Assembly: GCA_051362555.1 (NCBI GenBank)
Contig: CM120641.1
Span: 48,242,401-48,306,400 of the forward strand
Source of the DNA: Lingula anatina
Taxonomy: Eukaryota; Animalia; Brachiopoda
DNA: 64,000 nt
Direction of reading: 5' to 3'
The notes below the pieces were generated by a model. It was given only the letters and a program-made list of their open reading frames with translations. It was not told the DNA's origin and did no database searches. Positions 25,901 through 37,900 of this stretch are shown piece by piece; the stretch's first letter is position 1; the number at the start of each line of letters is the position of its first letter. The translations under genes and the position numbers were made by a program.

Positions 25901-28900
25901 TCCATTTTTGGTAGTTGTCCCATTGTCCTTGGACATTTCCTTCAACATGTGTTTAATGATGGCAGACTTGCCTACACCAGATTCACCTGTAAAGACGACA
26001 CATAATCAAAAAAGTTATTTGTAAAGATGAGCATTTAACTTCAAACAGCAAGTTATTTTCTTAAACCATTTGTTGTATTCAAAGTCTGCCTGGCTTGAGA
26101 ATAATTAGTAAAATGTTTTTTTTTCTTTTATTGTGTTTACGACAAAAAATCTAGGAAAGTGTCCTTGCAGCAATAAGAGATGCAGGTAATTCTATATGTC
26201 CAAAAGTGTCAGTCCTTACCAATGGCAAATACAAGTATAATTCAATAAAGAGCAAGAGAGACATTAAAACATTGGAATTAGAGTTATGGTTACAAAGGCA
26301 GCCTTAGAACCACATTTGTGACACCAGTACAACTTTATTTTCACCTGTAAATCAGTCATTAGTCAAGGATCATATAGTGATGACAGTATAAATACAAATT
26401 TTATATTGTTCATGTGCCTATATAATTTCTCACCTGTGAGCAGTACTGGGTGACCATTCAACAACAACAGTCCTGTCAGGAAGGAATATCTCACAGTGTC
26501 CACTGTGGTGACAATCTCATTCTCCAGACGACCCTCTCCTGGTTTGGCGTGCCCCGTGGACAAACCCATGGTGTCCCCTATTGTAATCACTGCGCCTTTC
26601 TCGATCAGGGAGTTTGTCTTGGGTACCAGCACATCCCAGGGGACGAAGTTTCCAGACTCCATGTCCAGGAAATAACTGAACATGGTCTTGTGGCCAGATG
26701 GGAGACGCACGCCTGGGAAAGATATACAGTTGTAATTGAGGTATTCATTGTCAAGTACAAAATATTTGAATTAATACTTAAGTCTGTTAGATATAGATTA
26801 TTTTCATAAATTAGTCATTTTATAGTTTTTCTCAAATATTCTTCAAATTCTGCACTTTTTGAATTATTACTAAAAAAATGAACTTTTTCACTACTGTACT
26901 TTTTAAACTGAGAAAAAACAACAATACAAATGGAATATTCAAAATTCTTTCTCATTGAAAAAGGTTTCTCTCATTTTCCAAGTTTTTTCACTGTCATCAT
27001 TTATAACATCACACGTTCACACGTTAACATTAACATTAAAATATTAATACTTACCTAGAGGTGGCTCGACCTCCAAAAGATCCCTGACAAACCCATCAAA
27101 TTCATAACAAATATTGATATCAGGCTTGTCCTTGTCTCCTTCCTTCTTAGTCACAGCGATGTCATCATCCATCTCATCAAACCTCTGCAGACTTCCACCA
27201 AACGCCCAGGTGAAGGCAAAGGCAAACAGTTTGCCAAGGAAGATTGTGAATTTTCCTGGGTTTTTCTGCATGTAATATTGTTTTTGATCCCTAAACAATG
27301 AAATAAAACTGGCCGTTTATTAAGAAATGGAAATTAAATTAAATATGGATGCAAAGACCAAATTGTGTATAAATCAAATCAGTCTGAGATAATTGTTTGA
27401 ATAATTTTTTAAATAAAAATCCAGTTAATTAATTTACTTGTGAGGTTGGTCCTTTTTGGCAGATGCTCTGTCTTCAATTTTCTGCAATTCTTCTTTAATT
27501 TTAGCTTGTCTCCTGCTTCTCTTTTTCATCTTCTTGGTTCCGCTGACATCGGTCCTAGAAGAACTTCGTGATTGGCTGGAAGTATGGCTGTCTGCACTGG
27601 AGGGACGCCCTACCTCTTTATCTACATAGATTACAATATAAGAAAACTTATTTATGACTTTATTAAAAAATGCAATGTGGAAAAAGATTGTTTTAACAAT
27701 TTCAAAAAACAATTGGATTCTTTACAAACTGCACATTGATTTATATTTTTAAAAAATTTTAACCCAACATAACATACAGGGATATTCACAAAATAAGTGA
27801 TATGCACAAAAATGTAAAAACGCAACATCAATAACACAAATTGTGAGTCATATCCAAATCATTTCTTATATTACGAAATATTTCCCATTACTGAGTCTTG
27901 TCTAACATACCTGGATCTCCAAAACCTCCATTTTTGCTCATAAAATCAAAGAAGGACAAGAGAATACTACACAGACAGTTCACCATGGACATAGCGGGGA
28001 CAGGGACGGATTGGAACTTCTGGTGCTGAAGCATGAACTCCAGTCCCTTCTCCACCGTGTGGTCAAACAGAGCCTGGAGATGGTGTTTGCCGCTCTCAGG
28101 GATCTCCTTGGGCAGTCTCTGTAGCCAGGTCTTCACGTATGGCTTCCAGCCAAGGTCAACCGGGTCCTAGAGTAGAATGACAAAATAAAGGCATAGTTTT
28201 TTTTATCTTTTTTTAAAATTTTTTTCTATTCATTTTTTTCTTTCTTTCTTGCTTGCTTTTTTTCTTTATTTGTTTTTTTTTACAGGGGAGGACAGTGACA
28301 GAAAAAAAAATCAATTGTTTACTGTACAAAATTAAGTTTACATAAAATTAGTTAGAATAAGTGCATACCATATGAATTACTACACATACACTGATGATGA
28401 AAGAACCAAAACAATATTACTAAATATATAACAAATATATTTTACTTTGTCTTCCTACTTACCAAATAGACCATGGCACAAATATTGATGGTGGCATGTA
28501 GGTCATAACTGACTAAATTATTATAACTGTATAATACCTAAATATTGTCTCTGTCAGTACTTACTTTTCACACTCACTGATGATGGCAGGACCAAAACAA
28601 TATTAGTAATTTATATAATAAATATATATACTAGGAGTACCTTGTCTCAGTACTCACCATATAGACCATAGCACATCTACTGATGGTGGCTGGACTGGCC
28701 TGTGATAAGTTATCCACCTCAAACATGAGTCTCATGCCAAAGCCAAGGCTAATCCTTTCCCCATTGGCCAGACAGAGAATCTTACTGTCATCCAGCACTG
28801 TGTTCAGATTCTCTACCCAGATGGTATCCACTGGGCCGTCTAGAACCTACGGTGGGCATGGAAATATGACAGATTAATATTAATTGAAAAGATATGTACA

Positions 28901-31900
28901 GCTGTAAAAAAAGAGAGGAGAATATTACTTAAATTTTTTCAATAAGTTTTTTTCCAGTTTTAACAAAATTTGTTTTTTTAGAGAAGACTGGTGTGCAGCA
29001 TGACATTGCACCACATCCATGATTATGTACCATGGAATTGAGAGGGAGAGAGAGAGAAAAGAATGGAGAGAGAGAGAGAGAGAGTTCATCTTACCAGCCA
29101 CTTCCAGTCCACAGGTATCATCTCCCCCTCATGCATGGTCTCGTGGTCAGGGGGGTGGTCAGCAGCGTCTCCTGCCACCGTCTGGCCATCTGTCTCCCCT
29201 ACTTCACTGATAGGACCAGGACTGGAGGGGTTGGTACTGGCAGTCTGGAAGATAGAAAGATACTTAATGACCTTACTTTTAATAATACAGAATATCATGA
29301 TTTTGAAAATAATAATAAATGATTCCTTGGATTCAAGTAGAGAGGGAAGGGGGTACAGGAAGGGGCAAGATGTCACTGGATTGAAATAGAGAAGGGAGGA
29401 AAAGGAGGGGAAAAGATGCCATTGACATTGGCTTTGACATCTTTGGCACCCACCTTATTACATACCAGTACTCATCTTGCCATTCTGACATACCAGGGTA
29501 TATCCACCTGGTAGTGTGCGTATGGGCAGTAGGACATCCATCCACATGCACACACATATTAACACGCATATACATATATATATACACACATGCATTTATG
29601 CACATACATGCAAATACACATGCATTCATCAAGGTGACCTACTGTTTAGCTGGTGATTGTTTGTTCACTAAAACAATGAATAAGGATATCAGTGTAGACA
29701 TGACTTGGACAGGTTTTATCTTTGGTTGTCTATGTGATCACACTTTATCTGAGTGAAGAGAGGCTGACACCCGATACCACTATGATGTAAATATTAACAT
29801 CTACTCTTGGATGAGCATTATCACTAAATAAACTTTACAAAATTGATGATGCCATGTTTGCCTTAACTAGCCACAGCCATGATATGTATAACAGTAACAA
29901 CACCCCCAGAGCCACCACCCAACCTACATTGTACTCCACTGTCCTCTCTTTATTCACCTCAACACCTTACAAGATACCAACCAGAAAATAGTTCTACATA
30001 AAACATGGTTCCAGTAAAATTGGTTGCTTTGTGTACCAGAGATTTACATACATATGGTCAAAACATTTTTTTATAATATATATTTTAGCTTTACATGTAA
30101 TTGTATGCATTGTCAGAATTGTTAAATATAAACTTATGAGAAAAATGTGGCCTTAAATTTTGTAAAAAAAAAACAACCATAGATTCCAAGAAAGTATAAT
30201 AATTATCTAGATTCCAAGAAAGTACAATAATTATCTAGATTCCAAGAAAGTATAATAATTATCTAGATAATATAGGTAATCATTTATTAAAGATGATCAA
30301 AGTAAATACAAGTTTGTGCATACAATGTATAGAACCATGTATGACCTTGAACTTTTGGTGGGTCCACAGGACAGTACAGTGTGACAGGTGAAGCTGCTTT
30401 AATAAAACTATAGAAGTCAGGTGATTGGCAGATTCAACAGTGGTAATGGCTGCATGGTTGATAATTGGCTGATAAGAACTTTGTGCATGTAACCCATCTA
30501 CAATGTACACACTGTAAGCTTTACCAAAAAAAAAAAATCAGGAAATTTTACTTTGTCACCAGACAATTTTACATAAGCAATATCTGTCTTCAAGTTTATT
30601 GAGTTAAAACTCACCAAGTGAGAGGATGTGAAATAATTTCTGTGCAGGTATTATTTTGCCGCATCTCAACTTGCATTATCTGTATTCAATCATTAAACTG
30701 ACACAGTATGCTTAATACTTAGCATTTTCACTTGGATACAGCATAAAGTGACTGGGACAATGTGATCTTTAAAGATTATGAAGCCAAAAAAACGACTCTA
30801 GGGCATTCTCAATCACTTATCCTAAAGAAAGTGAGTTGTGCAACAATTGTTCATATGTCCACTTCATGATAACCCATCTTCCTAAGCTCTTGTAAGTAGT
30901 TCATTTATTTTTTCAATAACATTTCATTTAACTGCCAAGGTTTGCACCTATTTAAAAGCTATATTGTCATCAGTCCAATAATTAATTCCTGACCCTTAAA
31001 GATAAGATTACCCCATTTAATGACCAACCACATCAGTCTGGGTGATGTTTGTCCTGATAGAAGTTTTACTCAGGTGACAGGTATAGGGTCTCAAAAAATA
31101 TTGCTTCCACAACATATCAATTCTAAAATTGTGACTCAGAAAAAAAATCAAAGCAAAATGACATTTTTTTAAAAATGTTATTTCTCGTATGAACTGATAT
31201 TTGAAAAGTGATTTCATCCTTTGCAAAACCTAACTTGTATCAATAAGCGTAATAACAAAATATTGCGAGAACCGTGTATGACCTTGAACTTTTGGTGGGT
31301 CCACAGTTTCATGTACAGTATGACAGATAAAGCTGCTATAATAAAACCATCAAAGTCAGGACATCAGCAGATACAGCAGGGATTATGGCTGCGTGCGTAC
31401 CTCCATCAAGAGAGGATGGCACAGCAGACCTTCGTAATTGTCCTAAATGTAAAAAACGTATGACTGCACCAAGACTTCTTTTGAGTTGTTGGCATATTTT
31501 GTGTGAGAACTGTCTTGCTGATGCCATAAAGGGGAAGAAGCGTGGAGAAACCTTCCAGTGCTTTGTGTGCAGTAAAAATGTCCCTGTGCCTTGGGAGGGC
31601 GTGGCTGAATTTCCAGTACCTTTGTTTCTACAGAGTGAGCCTGTACCCTCCACCACAGATGTCCCATGTAATCGTCATTATGAAGAGAAGGTGACCATGT
31701 ACTGTAAGAAGTGTGACACAGCAATATGTCATGTGTGTGTGGTGACAGAGGACTGTCACAAAGACCACCCCTGTGTAAGTGTAAGGACATCGTTTGATGA
31801 ATTAGATGGTAAAAAAAGACAACTCCATAAACAAGTTCAGAAACTGAGAGTAAAAATCAAGGAAAAAAATGATAGCATTACTGAACTTGACCGCCAGGAG

Positions 31901-34900
31901 AAAAAACTTACAGCAGAAGAAAATGAGGCAGAAAGAAAACTTGAGACTCATTCCCAGCAGCTTATTGATTTTATAAACAAACAGAAAGAAGAAATAAGGC
32001 ATCAACTCCGTGCCAAAGTTAATGTCGAACAGTGCTTTCTTGCAAAGAAACGTCGCGATATGATCAACTCAAGAAATGGAATGGAAATGATAGCAGAACT
32101 GGCTGTTCACTTGATGGAAAATGCAACACCCAAAGAAATGATGCTGCACCAGAAGTCTCTCTCTTCTACTATGGCTAAACATGAAGCAGAGACAAAGGAT
32201 ACCATTTCCAAGAAAGATAAAGTTGAATATGTCCCTCACAATGATTCAAAGGTGAAGGACACAATTGGGAAAATATCTGGGGGAACAACTGTTACTAGAT
32301 TGAAACTAGTAGCAGAGTTTGGTGCCAAAGCTGCAGTAGATAAGTACACTCCAAACATAGAGGCTCTGGCAGTTGACAATGCCATTAATATAGTTGTACC
32401 AGATAGGAGCAACCATAACCTGAAACTATTTGACAGAAGTGGTAGATTGGTATCAGTGTGGTCAGGTGATGGTGTACATAGGTTAAGTAGGCCTACAGGT
32501 GTGTGTTGTACCAGTGGTGGAAATATAGCAATATGTAGCTGGTTCAATAGGAAAATATTGTTCTTAGACTCCCAACAGAAGTTTAAGATAACTAGAACCA
32601 TTACAGGCTATGATTGTAGTGGTGTTGTCTTTTCAAAGGACCATCTTGTGTGTACAGCAGGTAATAGTAGTTCAGCTTGTGTGGTGATATTTAACAAACA
32701 TGATGGTAGTGTAGTGAGAGAGATAAGGAAAGACAAAGATGGCAGAGAGCTTTTTAGGCATCCTTATGGGATAGCCTTGACCAGGCAGGGTAATCTGGTG
32801 GTGACAGATATTGGTAAGCACTGTGTCTATGTACTGACCATGGAAGGGGAAGTATTACACAGGTATGGTAGGAAAGGGTCAGCTTCAGAGGGGGATGACT
32901 GTTTAGATCACCCATATGGTGTGTGTGTTGACCAGTTTGGTCACATACTGGTCACTGACAGGGACAATGACCGTATTCACATGCTGTCCCCAAGGGCTGA
33001 GTTTATATGTCATTTGGTCACTAGGGGGGATGGTCTGGTAAGACCCCAGGGTATTGCTTTAGACCAGGAGGGACATCTTATTGTGTCTAAGTGTTTGACT
33101 GGGAAAATTGAAGTTTTTGATTACCTAATTTAAGACAGGTTATGAATAGACATGTGGTTCTCTTCGTATGAAGTGGTACAGTTTTCTGTATGGCATCAAT
33201 CTGTCTGGTCCTTAAGTGTAATAATGGCATGGAGTAGTGGGAGGTTAACTCCCTTTCACAATAATAATAATATAATATGTACATGCATGCTTTGAACTCA
33301 GATCTTAGATCTTGGCTGTATTCAGACTACAGATAGCATAATGTGTATAGATATTCAATAACTAATCAACCATAGCCTTATGGGTGCTTTCATCTACAAT
33401 ACAGTTTGTAAAGTTACTTTTGTGTGTAGTTAGGGCCTCTGTGTACATTAAACTTTTGACTGCAAACTTGATTACATAATCAAATGTAATATGTTAATTG
33501 TATGTATCTTATTACATTCAATTTGTACACATATATTATTTCACTAAGATTTGTTTTTGTCAGTTATGTGATTTGATTAGTATTTAATATATTTCAAATA
33601 AGTGGTTTTTAAAAATAATATATTGGTTGTATTCAGAGTACAGATAACATAAAGTATATAGATATCCAATAACTGTGCTCAATTATTGCCTTTAGGTGCT
33701 TTTATCTACAATACAGTTTGTAAAGTTACTTTTGTGTATAGTTAGGGCCTCTGTGTACATTAAACTTTTGACTGCAAACTTGATTATAAAATCAAATGTA
33801 ATATGTTTTTTGCACATATTACATTCAATTTGTATACATACAATACTTCATACAGATTGGTTTTCATCAGTTAAATGATTTGTTTAGTCTTTTATACATA
33901 GCAAACAACTATATTTAATAATATATTGGTTGTATTTTTGGTTAATGTATATGATGTCTGGAGAGGTAATTCCTGTCAGAGATCCATCACAATAATAATA
34001 ATAACAAATTACTTATTAAATTTTGTTGTTTTTTCTTTTTTAAGTGTAAGTGAACCATAATTAACTTTAAAGAGAGATTTTTTAAACAAAACAAATGAAA
34101 AAGTGTCACTTGTATGTTAAAAAAAGAATTCAGGATTACTAAAGGTACTTTTTTTTTTACTTTTCCGTTACTACTATTTCTGAAGTGCATTAAGTAACAC
34201 AGATAACTATTATTAATTTTTTACACATAAGGCAAAGCACCTTAAATCTATTTAATAATAATAATAATAAAGAGCACAACAGACTGGTAGCAAGGCATGC
34301 AGATTACAGCTAGGCTAGATCTCCTTGAATTAACAAAACAATTATTAACCAAAGAATAAGCATGGAAAGTTCCAGTCTCCTTTTTCTGTACCTGACGTAA
34401 AAGTAATATGATCCTTGTGACTATGACTACAACATTTTCTATAATCATACAAATCACATGGTTTGTGCTGAATTCAACTAAAAAAGAGAAAGGGGAATCC
34501 CCTCACCTGCCTGGGTTACCACATACAACCAATTACAGACCTGCAGACATGCTGAAACTGTCGGTCCGATCGGTCATGACCGGCAAAATTTGTCTGGACC
34601 GGTAAAATATTGTACTTTGTCGGTCCAAAGGACCGACAAGAGTTTTAAGAGCCGCCATTTTGAATTAACAGTTAGCGTTCGATGTGCTTCAGAAATAAAA
34701 TTATATAAAATCCACATCATTTTTTCTTCCATTTACTAATCTAGTGACACGTAAAAGTGACCACATTTCGGTCACATTCACTTACAAAGTACGCAAGCCA
34801 ATCGTATTATCCCTCTCTCAAACGAATGGGTTCTTCCCCATGGGGAATCCCCCTGCTCTCGATAATTACGCGCCCCGTCATTGGTATATTGGCCGCGACA

Positions 34901-37900
34901 CACAGACAGCTATCACGAGGGCGGTCCACGCTGCCAAGCACATGTAAACATGCAGGAAAAAATGTTTACTGCTTAACTTGGACGCCTGACTCCTTTCTCA
35001 AGAACAATTATTCATATAGGAACCAAGGATAATGACGCCTGACCTTCGAAGGTACGTATACATCGTTATTCGTTCTTTTAGGGAGAAAAAAGCGTTGATA
35101 GTAGCCTACATGGAAATGAGGTCACCCGATTCACTCAGTAAAAACGATTTCAGAATTATAGGACTGAATATTATGCGTAATCAATGGTGATTGTAACGAT
35201 ATTTAACTAATGGGTACTTTCGTTTGCATTCAGCTAATACGCGGCAGTGCCTTCCGCATTGCGACGTTTTACGTAAAAAAAGTTTGACAGTTCGGTCGCT
35301 TCCTCGAACCTACCGAAAAAACTCGATCCGTGGTGTATGAACATAATGGTTCACAGATTTTAAATATCCCGTAAGCATAAACGCGATACCTGTTACCAGT
35401 ACCAGTTACAGTTTTCATATTATCAGTATGTACATTTTTATTATTTTAGATTATGATATCGTCGAGTCCTGACCAGGAAGCCGTTCGTTTCCATGCAGAT
35501 GAGACAGATACAGTGAAGTGGCTAGCATGTTTCATGCATTGGCACTCCCATTCGGACTACAATCTTTACTGTTTGTGTAGCATCAAAATTTGCAAATTAT
35601 TTTCAAGGAAAGGAGAAATTGACCAAGAGCAAATTTTGCTACTGTTGAACAGTGGAAATGAGTTTTTTCCATTTAATTTTTTATCAAATTCATCTCAATT
35701 TGAAACAATATTAATTTTTTTGAGAAATTGATCATGATAAAATTTATAATTAACCTAAATTTATGACAGGGATGTGAAATATATGATGAATTTCTTTAAG
35801 CCGTACGTGCACTATTGAATTAAAGGACAAAGGACTAAGTGTGAAATTCAAGGACTTTCAAAGGAAGAAACAAAATCAAGCTCTTCTAAAGGCCTGTATG
35901 AACCCTGGAACTTGTGAAATGAGTACAACAATAAAGCAGTGCTTCACAAGTGTGTGTTTTTGTTTTTTTTTAATTTACAACATGTCCAAATTATTTAATA
36001 GTATTACTGAATATGTATTTACAAGAGTTACTTCTGTGTACTACTATGCAAACAAAACGTTCCCATTATTGAATGGACATTTTCGGTCCGACAAAAGTCC
36101 ATTCGGTCCGGCAAAGTTTTCATCACTGCCGGTCCGAATGTCCGGCAGTTCTGAAAAGTTTTCAGCATGTCTGGACCTGGGTATTTACTTTTAAGTTATA
36201 CTAATAAAATCTATTATATGGTCTGTGAATTATATGTATTATATTACAGTTGCAGTTTAAAAAGAAAACAGACGGCGGGTCTAAATATTCAATTTTCATG
36301 TTTTATATATGTACATTTTGTGTTTAAATGCAGGTTCATTCCCACTACCAGTAAAATCCCCTTGAATGTCTTGTGATACGTAGTCATTAACTACATCACA
36401 TGGGATAAGTCACATGAAACAAGAGATATGAAATTTTTGTCTAGAGAAGAGACTGAATTTAATGAGCTCTGAATTGATGAAAGGGAAAGGTATGTCACAG
36501 TTTCTACTTCTGTGTGTTTGTATATGTTTGCTTATATGTATTGAAATAATACAAGATAGAAAGACACCATGGTTATCTTAAGAAAAGTTACTTTTAATCA
36601 GAGGTCAAACTTACAAATTTTACATTTTAGCATAAATTTGTGTAGTGTAAAGTTATAAAAAAAGTACTGTTATGGTTATTGCTAGAGTTTGTTCATTACA
36701 TAAAGAATAATTCTTTTCCCTGTGGAGTAAAGATTAATATAACATGGCTAGAATACTGCCACACTGAACTAACTAATCATATTTATATTGTCCCTGGGTT
36801 TTGACTTTTACCCCCCCCCCCCCCCAACCCCCATTTTTTCTCTCCAATGTATTAATTCTGGGGCATTCACAGTATTTAGAAAAAGTCCTTCACATTAAAC
36901 CACCAACCCACTCAGTTTATATTCTTCTATGACATAATTTATTCTGTAACGTGTAACTTACATATGTTTTACAAACATTCTGAGATCAATTAATTCCATT
37001 TTTTTATAAACAATACCTTTACCACATGATAAGATGAGAAGGAAGAAAAAAAAAGAAAAATCAAAATTGTTTTATTTTTTATGGTTTGTGTAGGTTATGA
37101 TTGCAAACGATGATTTAGGGTCGAAAAAAACTATAAGTTGCCTGTGCTCATACAATGGACCCAGGGGAGGTCTCCAGGTCAACACTATATGGTCCCTATG
37201 AGGTGAAGAGACCGTGGGGTGTGATATAATTCAAAAGACCATTAGCAATCTCATGGATCATGAAATATTGATCTCCATGTGGCTAAACAAACATAAATGA
37301 TGGAAATTTATACAAATGGAAAGATTTTCATAATAATAATGACTAAAATATCAAGATTTTTAACACCTCAGAGTGTGATGTCATATATGCATATCTTTCT
37401 TGCTGCTATTATAAAACAATTATAACTATTCCAGTGGTGTAGTATGGGGTTTGCCACCAGAGGTGATGTAGTTTAAAATAACATCAGCATCATACAGTAC
37501 AGGTGACCCCCTGGCATCGTGTAGTCCAGGACATTGTTCGCAATACACAAACACACACACACACACACACGCACACACACTGTGGCTCTCAGTTAAATAT
37601 ATATATAAATATGTATACAATGTATTTTTCAGGTGAATAAATAAATAAACAACACACACAATGTGCTCGCAGTAAAATGATAGTGCTAAAAATAAAACCA
37701 TTATTTACAAACATTTCATTCACACTCCAACTCACCACATCAGTGGCCCCAGTCAGTCCAGTGGCACTGGTCAAAGCGGTGGCCGCAGTGGACGGACGGT
37801 CCTCCGTGGGGGTACTGGCCACCTCTCGAGCAAACCTCCTCACGGCGTGAGCTATCAGACCATCCGTCCACTCAAATGTGTTGGGGTCTGTCTCGCCATA

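Noticed and set aside
31336-32601. Minus-strand ORFs overlapping the TRIM gene as possible missing dynein exons
   Set aside because: No dynein motifs; they are shadows of the TRIM CDS, and the flanking dynein exons already join in phase.
34744-35731. Short ORFs inside the TIR element as a transposase
   Set aside because: Under 100 aa with no BED finger, DDE or hAT dimerisation signature recognisable.
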